Assembly (NCBI GenBank): GCA_035400585.1
Contig: DAOMZR010000001.1
Coordinates: 191,347-255,346 of the forward strand
DNA from: a bacterium
GTDB lineage: Bacteria; Patescibacteriota; Patescibacteriia; Patescibacteriales; UBA12465
DNA length: 64,000 bases
Direction of reading: 5' to 3'
This document shows positions 34,976 through 44,764 of this stretch, piece by piece (the stretch's first letter is position 1; every line of letters begins with the position of its first letter). Below the pieces are notes generated by a model, which was not told where the DNA came from, did no database searches, and saw only the letters and a list, made by a program, of their open reading frames with translations. A program made the translations under genes and the position numbers.

Positions 34976-37528
34976 TTATTTTAAATAATCCTTCAAATAT
35001 TTGCCGGTAATACTCTTTTCATTTCTGATAATATCCTCCGGTTCACCACTAGCTAGTAAATATCCACCCTTTTCTCCTCCATCGGGTCCTAAATCAATCA
35101 AATAATCCATTGATTTAAGCATGTGCATATTGTGCTCAATTACTATTACGGTATGCCCTTTTTCTACTAATTTACTTAAAACTTGAAGCAACATTTCAAT
35201 GTCCTGATAATGAAGTCCAGTTGTCGGTTCATCTAATAAATACAAAGTTTTTTGACCCAAAACATAGTTTAATTCTTTGGCAATTTTTACTCTTTGAGCT
35301 TCTCCACCAGAAAGTGTGGTTGCACTTTGCCCCAGTTTTAAGTAACCAAGACCAACTGATTTTAAAATATTAAGTTTATCGGTTATATAATAATTACCAT
35401 CAAAAAGCTTAATTGCCTCTTCAACACTCAGATCTAAAACATCGGAAATACTATGATTTTTATACTCCACCTGCAAAGTCTCTCTATTGAACCTTTTGCC
35501 TCGACAAACCTCGCACTCAACTAGTACTGCTGGCAAAAAATGCATTTCTATAAGGTTAAATCCAGCACCCTGACAAGCCTCACAGCGCCCACCAGCACGA
35601 TTAAACGAAAAACGCGATAAAGTATAACCTCTTTCTTTAGATTCTGGTAGTTCAGCAAAAAAATCCCTGATTGGCGTAAAAATACCGGTATAAGTAGCTG
35701 GATTTGACCTGGGAGTTCTACCTATAGGAGATTGATCGATAACTGATATTTTATTTATATACTCAGTTCCTTTTATATCTTCCACGTCTATTAATTTATT
35801 CTTTTTGCCAGGATTATTCTTTATATGTACAATATTTTTATACAGAACATCATACAACAAGGAAGATTTTCCACTACCAGACACACCACACAAACCAACA
35901 AGCCTTCCCAATGGTATTTCCAGATTAATATTCTTTAAATTATTAGCCCTAGCCCCCTTTATACTTATAAAACCTTTATTTTGAGATCTTCTTTTATTCG
36001 GCAATTCTATTCTTTTTACGCCATTTAAGTATTCCAAGGTCAAAGAATTTGAACTTTTATTGGCATTTATTTCTTTATTGACTACTTTTTTTGTACTTAA
36101 TTTTAAATTATCGTTCTTTTTTACTAAATCAGCTGTATATCCAATCTCAACAATTTCACCGCCATTTATACCAGCTCCAGGGCCTAAATCAACTAAATAA
36201 TCAGAATTGAGTATCGTTTGTTCGTCATGTTCCACTAAAATTACTGTATTACCCTTGTCTCTAAGGGATTTTAAGGTATCTATCAGTTTAAAAGTGTCCC
36301 TTTCGTGAAGACCAATGGTCGGTTCGTCTAAAACGTATAGAGTTCTAGATAATTGTGAGCCAATTTGAGAAGAAAGCCTTATTCTTTGGGCTTCTCCGCC
36401 AGAAAGCGTTTCAGCTTCCCTATTTAAAGTTAAATAGGATAGACCAACCTTATTCAAAAACTCCAACCTATCTATAATTTGTTGCATAACAGCTGAAACA
36501 ATTTCCATTTGGCGTTTATTCAAATTCCCCAAAACAACTTCAAAAAACAAATATGCTTCTTCTAAAGACAAGGCTGTAACTTCGGCTATATTTTTGTTAT
36601 TTATTCTCACTGACAAAGATTCTTCTCTAAGTCTTTGACCGCTACACTTAGGACAAACATCGCTGGCATAAAAACCGACCTTACCCAAACCAGAACAAGA
36701 AGGACAGGCTCCGTGAGGAGAATTAAAAGAAAAAAGACGTGGTTCAACCTCTGGAAAAGCAAAATTATCATTAGGACAAGTCCAATTTGAAGAAAGTAAA
36801 AATTCTTCTTTTTCTAGCCCAACATAAACCAAGCCCTTACTATAAGCAATAGCATTTTCAATGGCCTCAAACAAGCGAGAACCATCACTTGGCAAAACTT
36901 TATCAATAACAATATCTATATCATGTTTTTGATTGGGATTTAATTTAATTTGATCTCTAAGGGATTGTATTTTCCCATCAATTCTAGCCTCTGAGTATCC
37001 CAAAGATAAATAATCATAAAGTAATTGATAATATTCACCCTTTCTTCCTCTAATTACTGGCGATATTATTGTTAAATATTTACTACCAGAATCTTTAGCT
37101 CTATTAATGGAAATATCAACCATTTCTTCTAGTGATAATTTCTGGATTTTATGACCACACAAAGGACAGAACACTTCTCCTAAACGAGCGTAAAGCACTC
37201 TTAAATAATCATAAATTTCAGTAAGAGTTCCAACAGTAGACCGTGGATTATGCGACAAAGCTTTCTGATCAATAGATATAGCTGGAGCGAGTCCAATAAT
37301 TTCATCAACATCGGCCGGTTTCTTTTGGCCCAAAAACTGACGCATATATGGAGAAAGTGATTCAACATAACGCCTTTGTCCTTCGGCAAAAATTGTATCA
37401 AAAGCCAAGGAGGACTTACCGCTACCAGAAACACCAGTAATCACCGTTAACTGATTGTGTGGAATTTCTAAATCAATATTTTTTAAGTTGTGCATTCGTG
37501 CCCCACGAATGATTATTTTGTCGTTCAT
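34976..37528 (-). CDS. uvrA: Excinuclease ABC subunit UvrA
   Basis: Two ABC modules (GVSGSGKSSL twice, LSGGEAQR twice). Zinc modules CPxC...CxxC. Confidence 0.95.
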   Translation of the reverse strand: MNDKIIIRGARMHNLKNIDLEIPHNQLTVITGVSGSGKSSLAFDTIFAEGQRRYVESLSPYMRQFLGQKKPADVDEIIGLAPAISIDQKALSHNPRSTVGTLTEIYDYLRVLYARLGEVFCPLCGHKIQKLSLEEMVDISINRAKDSGSKYLTIISPVIRGRKGEYYQLLYDYLSLGYSEARIDGKIQSLRDQIKLNPNQKHDIDIVIDKVLPSDGSRLFEAIENAIAYSKGLVYVGLEKEEFLLSSNWTCPNDNFAFPEVEPRLFSFNSPHGACPSCSGLGKVGFYASDVCPKCSGQRLREESLSVRINNKNIAEVTALSLEEAYLFFEVVLGNLNKRQMEIVSAVMQQIIDRLEFLNKVGLSYLTLNREAETLSGGEAQRIRLSSQIGSQLSRTLYVLDEPTIGLHERDTFKLIDTLKSLRDKGNTVILVEHDEQTILNSDYLVDLGPGAGINGGEIVEIGYTADLVKKNDNLKLSTKKVVNKEINANKSSNSLTLEYLNGVKRIELPNKRRSQNKGFISIKGARANNLKNINLEIPLGRLVGLCGVSGSGKSSLLYDVLYKNIVHIKNNPGKKNKLIDVEDIKGTEYINKISVIDQSPIGRTPRSNPATYTGIFTPIRDFFAELPESKERGYTLSRFSFNRAGGRCEACQGAGFNLIEMHFLPAVLVECEVCRGKRFNRETLQVEYKNHSISDVLDLSVEEAIKLFDGNYYITDKLNILKSVGLGYLKLGQSATTLSGGEAQRVKIAKELNYVLGQKTLYLLDEPTTGLHYQDIEMLLQVLSKLVEKGHTVIVIEHNMHMLKSMDYLIDLGPDGGEKGGYLLASGEPEDIIRNEKSITGKYLKDYLK

Positions 37529-37529
37529 A

Positions 37530-39374
37530 TTAATCTTTTTTTTCTAAATCCAAAAAATCTTCAACTTTTTTAATAATCGTTTCTGGATTGATGTTGTATT
37601 TTTTGTTATAAGCTAACTGTTTTTTTCTTCTTCTCTCCACTTCTTTAACCGCATTTTTAATTGAGCCAGTCATGTTATCGGCATACAAAATAATTTTACC
37701 TCTTACGTTACGCGCAGCTCTACCCATTGTTTGAATAAGCGACGTTTGGCTACGCAAAAAACCTTCACGATCAGCGTCTAAAATAGCCACTAATGACACT
37801 TCCGGCAAATCTAATCCCTCACGAAGCAAATTAACACCAATTAAAATATCAAATTTACCCAAACGAAAATCTTTTAAAATTTCAGTTCTAGCCAAAGTCT
37901 TAACGTCGGAGTGAAGATAGTTTGATTTTATATTTTTTTGTTTTAAATAAACATCCAAGTCTTCCGCTTGTTTTTTAGTCAACGTATTAATAATAACTCT
38001 TTCGCTCTTTTTAATTATCTTCTCCGATTCTTCTATTATATCATTAATTTGACTGTGATTATTTTTTTTATCAAAAACTGGTCTAATTTCAATTTCTGGA
38101 TCAACTAAACCCGTGGGACGAATTACTTGTTCAGCTATTTGTTTAGATTTTTCTAATTCAAATTTTCCTGGAGTGGCAGTTGTAAAAATTGTTTGTGAAA
38201 TTCTTTTTTCAAATTCACCAAATCTAAGCGGACGATTATCTAGTGCCGAAGGTAAACGCCAGCCATATTTAACCAAAGTTTCTTTACGACTTCTATCACC
38301 AGCATACATCCCACCAATTTGAGGAACAGCAATATGACTTTCATCTATTACTAGTAAAAAATCGGGCTTACCATTTTTGTCTCTAGGAAAATATTCCAAA
38401 AGAGAATCTGGAGATTCTCCAGCTAACTTACCAGTTAAGTGTCGAGAATAATTTTCAATGCCATGACAATAGCCAAGACTTCGAAGCATTTCTATGTCAT
38501 ATTTCACTCTTCGTTCTAATCTTTCAGCTTCTAAATATAGCTTATTCTTTTTAAAATATTTTAAACGATCTTTCAGCTCCTCTTTAATACTTTCTATCGC
38601 TTGCTCTATTTGGGGCTTAGTAGAAATAAAATGTTTTGGCGGAAAAATGACTATTTCTGGTAAGTGTTCTAAAATATTTTTAGTAGTATTATCAATAATA
38701 CTTAAATCAGAAACTTTTTGTTCGTTTAAATCTAATCGATAAATAATATTTTCCGACATTGGTCTAATTTCAAAAACATCCCCTCTAACTCTAAACTGAC
38801 CGCGTTTAACATCTCCCAACGATCTTTCAAATTGCATTTTTATCAATTGTGAAATCAAATCTGATCTAGTTAATGGTTTATCTTTTTCTAAATGTAAAGC
38901 GGCTTCCATGTAACTAACTGGAACACCTAGGTTATAAATACAAGAAACCGAAGCCACAATAATAACATCTCGACGAGAAAGAAGAGCCGAGGTTGCTCCG
39001 TGGCGAAGCCTGTCGATTTCATCATTAATCATTGCTTCTTTTTCAATATAAGTATCAGAATTGGGCATGTAAGCTTCTGGCTGGTAGTAATCATAATAAG
39101 AAACAAAATAATGGACAGCGTTCTCGGGAAAAAAATTTTTGTATTCTCGATATAGTTGAGCGGCTAAGGACTTATTGGGAGCCATAACCAAAACCGGTCT
39201 ATTTAGCTCTTGAATAATGTTAGCCACCGTGAAGGTTTTCCCTGAGCCAGTTACACCAAGCAGTGTTTGATAATCAAAACCCCTCTCTATTCCTTGCAGG
39301 AGCTTTTTAATGGCCTCTGGCTGATCACCAGCCGGCTTAAAACCTGATTTAAGTTTAAACAATTTTTCCTTCAC
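37530..39374 (-). CDS. uvrB: Excinuclease ABC subunit UvrB, lacking the C-terminal UVR domain
   Basis: FKPAGDQPEAI, GVTGSGKTFT and QTMGRAARN. GTG start. Ends soon after the YNKKYNINPETI region, with no LEFEEAA-type UVR helix pair. Confidence 0.93.
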   Translation of the reverse strand: MKEKLFKLKSGFKPAGDQPEAIKKLLQGIERGFDYQTLLGVTGSGKTFTVANIIQELNRPVLVMAPNKSLAAQLYREYKNFFPENAVHYFVSYYDYYQPEAYMPNSDTYIEKEAMINDEIDRLRHGATSALLSRRDVIIVASVSCIYNLGVPVSYMEAALHLEKDKPLTRSDLISQLIKMQFERSLGDVKRGQFRVRGDVFEIRPMSENIIYRLDLNEQKVSDLSIIDNTTKNILEHLPEIVIFPPKHFISTKPQIEQAIESIKEELKDRLKYFKKNKLYLEAERLERRVKYDIEMLRSLGYCHGIENYSRHLTGKLAGESPDSLLEYFPRDKNGKPDFLLVIDESHIAVPQIGGMYAGDRSRKETLVKYGWRLPSALDNRPLRFGEFEKRISQTIFTTATPGKFELEKSKQIAEQVIRPTGLVDPEIEIRPVFDKKNNHSQINDIIEESEKIIKKSERVIINTLTKKQAEDLDVYLKQKNIKSNYLHSDVKTLARTEILKDFRLGKFDILIGVNLLREGLDLPEVSLVAILDADREGFLRSQTSLIQTMGRAARNVRGKIILYADNMTGSIKNAVKEVERRRKKQLAYNKKYNINPETIIKKVEDFLDLEKKD

Positions 39375-39425
39375 AAATTTATAAAATTTATATCAATTTT
39401 AGATAATTATAACATTATTAAATTA

Positions 39426-39454
39426 AATAAAAAAGGGTTGAACCAATTCAACCC
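39426..39454 (-). terminator. Rho-independent terminator (second of a tandem pair)
   Basis: Minus strand: gggttgaa-ttgg-ttcaaccc followed by tttttt. Confidence 0.7.
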
Positions 39455-39460
39455 GATGAT

Positions 39461-39491
39461 ATAATAAAGGGAAGCTAAATTTGCTTCCCTT
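39461..39491 (-). terminator. Rho-independent terminator directly after the 140-aa gene
   Basis: Minus strand: aagggaagc-loop-gcttccctt followed by tattat. Confidence 0.55.
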
Positions 39492-39508
39492 ATATTTTTT
39501 TGCTTGGT

Positions 39509-39931
39509 TTAAACTGGAGAAAGCCAGAAAAAACCATTTTTAATAACTATTTCTGCCGGAACAACACCCAAATATATACGGTCATTGTAACAACCTTCTT
39601 CAATATTGGGACTTTCAATAAAAACAAAAACTAAAATTTTTGATTTTTCCTTTAATTCTTTTTTGGAATAAATGTCTACAACAATGCTTTTGGGTGAAAA
39701 CTTTTTTACCAAATAGCTTTCCAAAGCAACATTAAAAGAATACTTGCTTGTCAGACCATAAACCTCTTCAGAACTAAGAAAAAATTTTTGTGTTGACAAC
39801 AAGATGCTATCTTTAATATTAAGCGCTGTTTTGATTTCTTTTAAATCCACTAAAACCGAAACTGTTCTTTTCTGCGAAAAGGCAGAGATCACAACACAAA
39901 TCAAGATCAAAATAATAGTTACCTTTTTCAT
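39509..39931 (-). CDS. Small secreted hypothetical protein
   Basis: Signal peptide MKKVTIILILICVVISAFSQ|K. No family recognised. Confidence 0.5.
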   Translation of the reverse strand: MKKVTIILILICVVISAFSQKRTVSVLVDLKEIKTALNIKDSILLSTQKFFLSSEEVYGLTSKYSFNVALESYLVKKFSPKSIVVDIYSKKELKEKSKILVFVFIESPNIEEGCYNDRIYLGVVPAEIVIKNGFFWLSPV

Positions 39932-40081
39932 GTTTCTTTTTTTTAGGTTAATATAATCAACATTTAAAAAATTCTTAGAAATTAAGGATGTTTTAGATGT
40001 TAACTATTTTAACCATCTTTTTAAAGAGCCTTGCTACGACTTTCAACTATAACATATTTAAAAATATTTGTCAATAGTTAC

Positions 40082-40315
40082 TTATTTTTTACTCTTTTTT
40101 AAAATAAAACAACTTAAAACAAAAGAGATTAAAAAGAATAAAGCACCATAAAAACAAGGGGTTATAAAGGGATTTACAACCTGACCGCCAGGAGCACAAC
40201 CCAAAGAGCATGGTTCATAGTTTAACCAATCTCTTAATTCTATCGAAAAATTAATAAGAGCAAACAACGTTCCAAATAAAAGAACATAAAATTGAACTAA
40301 AATTAGTTTTTTCAT
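40082..40315 (-). CDS. 77-aa two-TM membrane protein with a Cys-containing external loop
   Basis: Two hydrophobic helices flank YEPCSLGCAPGGQVVNPFITPC. Confidence 0.4.
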   Translation of the reverse strand: MKKLILVQFYVLLFGTLFALINFSIELRDWLNYEPCSLGCAPGGQVVNPFITPCFYGALFFLISFVLSCFILKKSKK

Positions 40316-40358
40316 ACTTTTAAAAAATCAATTATATATAAGTTTAACTATTTTTAAA

Positions 40359-40820
40359 CTAATAATGATATCTTTTTCCCTTTTCAATACTAACCGCTCG
40401 ATAAATTTGCTCAACTAAAATAGCTTTAGCCATCTCATGCAAAAAAGTCATTTTAGACAGTGATAACCTTTGATAATCAATTAAAATATCAAAATTAAAA
40501 CCTAAAGCTCCAGCAATTACAAAAATTATTGGCCGATCAATAGAAAATATTTTCTCAGAAAATTGAATTGAATCCAGCTCTTGTCCATTTTCTGACAACA
40601 AAAAAATCTCAGAATTTTTATTTTTATTTAAAAATTCTAAAATTCTTTCACTTTCCTGCTGTTTAACAATTGAAATATTTTTTTCAGAAAAACTTTTGGC
40701 TGGCAATTCAACAAAATCTAGCTTTATTTCTTTACTCAATCTTTTACTGTATTCATTTATTATTTCGCGATAATATTTTTCTTTAACAGCCCCGATACTT
40801 AAAATTGTTATTTTTTTCAT
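40359..40820 (-). CDS. rlmH: 23S rRNA (pseudouridine1915-N3)-methyltransferase RlmH (SPOUT)
   Basis: MKKITILSIGAVKEKYYREIINEYSKRL start. C-terminal LSLSKMTFLHEMAKAILVEQIYRA. About 153 aa. Confidence 0.8.
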   Translation of the reverse strand: MKKITILSIGAVKEKYYREIINEYSKRLSKEIKLDFVELPAKSFSEKNISIVKQQESERILEFLNKNKNSEIFLLSENGQELDSIQFSEKIFSIDRPIIFVIAGALGFNFDILIDYQRLSLSKMTFLHEMAKAILVEQIYRAVSIEKGKRYHY

Positions 40821-40856
40821 AAAACAATATTAACATAAAAAATAGGTAAAAGATAG

Positions 40857-40886
40857 TTGACTTTTCTCCTTATTTTATGTTAGCAT
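40857..40886 (+). promoter_or_regulatory. Candidate sigma-70 promoter (TTGACT, 18-nt spacer, extended -10 TGtTAGCAT) for the three-gene operon
   Basis: TTGACT 40857-40862, TG at 40878-40879, TAGCAT 40881-40886. Confidence 0.4.
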
Positions 40887-40914
40887 TTATAGTTCGTTGA
40901 ACATTAAAAACTAA

Positions 40915-42504
40915 ATGAAAATCATAAACCAAAATAATCAGAAAATGAAAAGAAACCTGTTTTTATCGCTACTAGCGATATTTGTCTTGCTTGAAATTAG
41001 CAAGGCTCAAATAGTTGAACTCCAAGGAATTAATTGTCCCGGAGAGTTTACTGGTAAACTAGGTGTTGTTACCGATTTTGGTACCGAACCCTATACATAC
41101 CTTTGGAATACCGGAGAAACTACAAATATTATCTCAGGACTTAGTTCTGGATTTTATTCTGTTTCCGTAACCGATGCATTATTGGTAAATCGAGTTTTTA
41201 ATTACAATTTAAACGACCCACTACCAATAACAAACTCTTATTTAACAACTAATAATTCCTCTTGGCCAAACCCAACCGGAACTATTAGTGTAACATCTAG
41301 CGGAGGCACTGGTTGGTATGCCTATTATCTACAAGATAGTACTAGCCAAAAATACATTAATCAATCTGGACCAAACTTTTCTAATCTTTACTCTGGTACT
41401 TATTATTTAGAAACCTTTGATTTAAATGGTTGCCAAAGAAAAGATACTGTTTTAGTTGGTGAAGATGCTGGAATTATACCTAATAATTTTGATATTGATT
41501 ACACAGTCTGCTATGAAGGCACCGCTCCAATTGACATAGAGCCAGGAACAATTCAGGTTCCAGCCTTAATAATAATTGGAGAGGACACAACAACAATCGT
41601 CAAAATTATTCCTGGTCCTAGGCCATACATCAACAGCTTAAACGATACCTTGTCAGTAATTTCTGGGAATGTCTTGCCTGGAAAAAATGAATTTAAAATT
41701 GTAACCTCCGATAACAAGGGTTTTCGTTACTCGTGGTTCGTTGATAGCGTTTTAACTCCCATAAAAATAACCTGGGAACAAGAAAATGTTTTGTGTCACG
41801 GTGGTAATACTGGAAGAATAATTGTTTTAGCTGAAGGAAGTTATAACGATTTTAGTTATAGAATTACTGGTCCTAATTCCTTTTCTAGCAACAACTCTTC
41901 TATAAACAATTTATATGCCGGCAACTATACCGTTACAGCAGAAGATTCTACTGGTTGTAGCATATCTCAAAGCATTATAATTGAAGAACCGATCGAACCT
42001 CTAAGAATTCATTTTGAAACGTTTAAAACTTTTTGTCCTGAATCCGAAGATGGGAGAATATATATAAGATATATAGAAAATGGTTTACCACCTTTTTCAT
42101 ATCTTTGGAGCACTGGAAATGTTTCTTCTGAAATTGATTCTTTAGAAGTCGGTTGGTACAACCTTCGAGTAACCGATTCCAATGGATGTATCGCTTTAGA
42201 TTCGGCTCAAATTACTGGAGGAAATGAAGTTTGCGTTCCAACTGTAATCACCCCGAACGGAGATGGTCACAACGATTTTTTTAATGTTAACAATTTATGT
42301 TATTACTCAGATATTAAAATCGTTATAACTGATAATTTGGGAAAAATTATTTTTGAAACCAACGATTGCAACAACCTTTGGGATGGCAAAGATAAGTCAG
42401 GAAATCTTGTTGATTCCAAAACCACTGTGTTTGTTTATATTGAACAAACAAAAAATGATGGGACTGTTAAAAAATTCAGAAAAACAGTGACAGTATTATA
42501 TTAG
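40915..42504 (+). CDS. SprB-repeat surface protein with T9SS type-B (gliding-motility-associated, CHU_C-like) C-terminal sorting domain
   Basis: Signal peptide ...LLEISKAQ; the start may be MKRNLF at 40945. Four SprB-like repeats, e.g. CPESEDGRIYIRYIENGLPPFSYLWSTGN...GWYNLRVTDSNGC. C-terminal VPTVITPNGDGHNDFFNV...LWDGKDKSGNLV...TVTVLY. Confidence 0.75.
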   Translation: MKIINQNNQKMKRNLFLSLLAIFVLLEISKAQIVELQGINCPGEFTGKLGVVTDFGTEPYTYLWNTGETTNIISGLSSGFYSVSVTDALLVNRVFNYNLNDPLPITNSYLTTNNSSWPNPTGTISVTSSGGTGWYAYYLQDSTSQKYINQSGPNFSNLYSGTYYLETFDLNGCQRKDTVLVGEDAGIIPNNFDIDYTVCYEGTAPIDIEPGTIQVPALIIIGEDTTTIVKIIPGPRPYINSLNDTLSVISGNVLPGKNEFKIVTSDNKGFRYSWFVDSVLTPIKITWEQENVLCHGGNTGRIIVLAEGSYNDFSYRITGPNSFSSNNSSINNLYAGNYTVTAEDSTGCSISQSIIIEEPIEPLRIHFETFKTFCPESEDGRIYIRYIENGLPPFSYLWSTGNVSSEIDSLEVGWYNLRVTDSNGCIALDSAQITGGNEVCVPTVITPNGDGHNDFFNVNNLCYYSDIKIVITDNLGKIIFETNDCNNLWDGKDKSGNLVDSKTTVFVYIEQTKNDGTVKKFRKTVTVLY

Positions 42505-42527
42505 TACTAACAACAAAAATCTAAACA

Positions 42528-43436
42528 ATGAAAAAAATTAAAGTTTTCTCTTTGTTGATAGTGCTATCAACAGGAGTGTTGGCTCAAAATTGGGGAGAAT
42601 ATGATCCCTATCTTTCCAACCCTAGTCTTGGCGCTCACAATGAAATGTTAAAAATAGGATCATTGTATCAGACTGAAATGACCGCTTATGACTACAATCC
42701 AAAATCTTGGTTGTTTTGGGCTACAAGCCCTTTTAATAACCAAAGAGTGGCCTGGGGATTGAAGCTTTCTTCAATTGAAGGTGGTGTTTTAAAAAACACA
42801 TCAGCTGAAGCAAATTTTATATATAATATCCCCTTAAGCGAAACACGTCTGTCATTTTCCTTAGGAGGAAGTGTTAATCAACTTCAATTAATTCGTGAAA
42901 GAGTTGAGGTTTATGATTTAAACGACCCAATTATTCAAGGCGCTGAAAGTGGAAATTGGTTCAATGCAAATTTTGGAATATCTTTTTCAAAAGTAAATAC
43001 CTATTATTTTGGATTGGCAGCTTATAATCTACTACCAAGTCAAACCAATTGGATGGTGTCTAGCTTTGAAAACAAATCAAAAATTACATATAATCTTTCG
43101 GGAATGTATACTTTTGATTTTTTAGAAGGAAATTTGCAATGGGAACTGACTGGACTTGCCTCAACCAATCATCCCGAAAATTTTGACTTGTTAAAATATT
43201 GTATTTCAACCAGAATAATGTTTTTTAAAAAAAGCTTCTGGATTGGAACCGGATATTTAAACGAGACAACAATTAAGGGTAATTTTGGTGTCAATGTTCA
43301 GAATGTATCATTTGCCTATACTGGATACTATTCTCTAGGGACAGCAAGCAATTACGGCTACTCCTTCACTAAACATGAGGTTGTCGTAATATTAAAATTA
43401 CCTTACAGTAAAGCATCAAAAAACAGTGGCGCATGA
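42528..43436 (+). CDS. PorP/SprF-family type IX secretion membrane protein-like (predicted beta-barrel)
   Basis: Signal ...GVLAQ. Family-like landmarks: NPSLGA near the N-terminus, alternating beta-strand pattern, DPIIQG, YYFGLAAYNL, WIGTGY, and terminal HEVVVILKL. 24-nt gap from the upstream gene. Confidence 0.6.
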   Translation: MKKIKVFSLLIVLSTGVLAQNWGEYDPYLSNPSLGAHNEMLKIGSLYQTEMTAYDYNPKSWLFWATSPFNNQRVAWGLKLSSIEGGVLKNTSAEANFIYNIPLSETRLSFSLGGSVNQLQLIRERVEVYDLNDPIIQGAESGNWFNANFGISFSKVNTYYFGLAAYNLLPSQTNWMVSSFENKSKITYNLSGMYTFDFLEGNLQWELTGLASTNHPENFDLLKYCISTRIMFFKKSFWIGTGYLNETTIKGNFGVNVQNVSFAYTGYYSLGTASNYGYSFTKHEVVVILKLPYSKASKNSGA

Positions 43437-44764
43437 AAATTACAATCCTAACGCTCTTAATATTTTTTTCTTCTCTGGAAATATCGGCCCAATCAATTGA
43501 TTCCGTTTGGCAAGTTAAAAATTTACCAATAAATTCGGAATTTGATGAATACATGCCCTTTTTAGTGGATACAATTCTAATATTTACTTCCACTAGAAAA
43601 AATTCCCGAGAAGATAAAATTTTTGAGAACACAGAAAAAATATATTATACACCGCTTATTGATACAAGCTTCGGAAAAATAAGAAAATTTACTTACAAGG
43701 CAAATTCGGATGCAAACTCAGCTTTGATTGGTTGCTCTAAAAGTCATTTCTTTTTTTATCGAAGTTATTTTAATAATAACGGTGAGATATTTCTTGCGCC
43801 CAGAAGAGAGATAAACATTAAGATGTTGAAAAAAATTCAAAACATTTTATCCGACAAAGATGAAAATAGTATATCTGTAGTGGAAGATAGTATTTATTTT
43901 ACCAGCAACCGCAACGGAAGCTATGACATCTATCTGCAAACAAAGAAAGAAAAACCAATCCCTTTGGATGTGCTAAATTCAAGTTTTGAAGAACAAGGTG
44001 TTTGGATCTCATCAACAAACAATGAGCTTTATTTTAGCTCTAATCGTGAAGGATCGTTTGATATTTACTGTTCCGATAAAATTGATGGGGCCTGGCAAAT
44101 TCCAAAAAGATTGCCCTTCCCCATTAATACAGAATTTGATGAGCAGGATTTTCGCAAACACAATGATTCAACATTTTTTCTAGCTTCAAATCGTTCTGGT
44201 GGTGTTGGTGGATATGATTTATACAAAATCATGAAAAGCGAAACAAATAAAATCAACACCACTGATACCAGCGAACTAATAATTAAAGAGCCTGAAGAAT
44301 CAACCGACACTACCGTAATCATTATTACCGAACAAGACTCTTTAACTAGCAGAGAACAATTATTGATAGAACTAAAAAAATTAGATCTCATTCCTTTTAG
44401 AGGAGAAATTCAATTGGGTGCGTACAGAAATAATTTAACTTCTGTAAAATTATTTAAAGATTGGTTTGATTGCATCAAAGATCAAAACATTCGCATGGAC
44501 GTTTTTGATGACAAAAAAGAAAAACTTCCTTTAAATAAATTTATAATTGATCAGATTTACACCGACCTAGACTCTGCCCTAAATAAACAAAAAGAAATAA
44601 TAAGAAAGGGTTGTCTACCTACCACGTTTGAAGGAACTCCTTTTATTGCCCTTCTTAGAGCCGATAAAAAGCGTTATGCTATTTTCTGGAAAGAAGAAGA
44701 GTATAAAAATAAAGAAGTTTTCTGGATAACATTGGAAGGAAAAAAAATCTGGCAAAGCAACTAG
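43433..44764 (+). CDS. PD40 (TolB-like beta-propeller repeat) protein with an unassigned C-terminal domain (no OmpA_C motif seen)
   Basis: Signal ...LEISAQ. Repeated FTSNRNGSYDIYLQ, FSSNREGSFDIYCS and LASNRSGGVGGYDLYK. ATGA start/stop overlap with the upstream gene. Confidence 0.55.
   Translation: MKITILTLLIFFSSLEISAQSIDSVWQVKNLPINSEFDEYMPFLVDTILIFTSTRKNSREDKIFENTEKIYYTPLIDTSFGKIRKFTYKANSDANSALIGCSKSHFFFYRSYFNNNGEIFLAPRREINIKMLKKIQNILSDKDENSISVVEDSIYFTSNRNGSYDIYLQTKKEKPIPLDVLNSSFEEQGVWISSTNNELYFSSNREGSFDIYCSDKIDGAWQIPKRLPFPINTEFDEQDFRKHNDSTFFLASNRSGGVGGYDLYKIMKSETNKINTTDTSELIIKEPEESTDTTVIIITEQDSLTSREQLLIELKKLDLIPFRGEIQLGAYRNNLTSVKLFKDWFDCIKDQNIRMDVFDDKKEKLPLNKFIIDQIYTDLDSALNKQKEIIRKGCLPTTFEGTPFIALLRADKKRYAIFWKEEEYKNKEVFWITLEGKKIWQSN

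Noticed and set aside
37201-37434. 77-aa same-strand ORF nested in uvrA in another frame
   Set aside because: It lies entirely within the conserved N-terminal ABC region of uvrA, and I saw no motif or signal supporting an overlapping gene.
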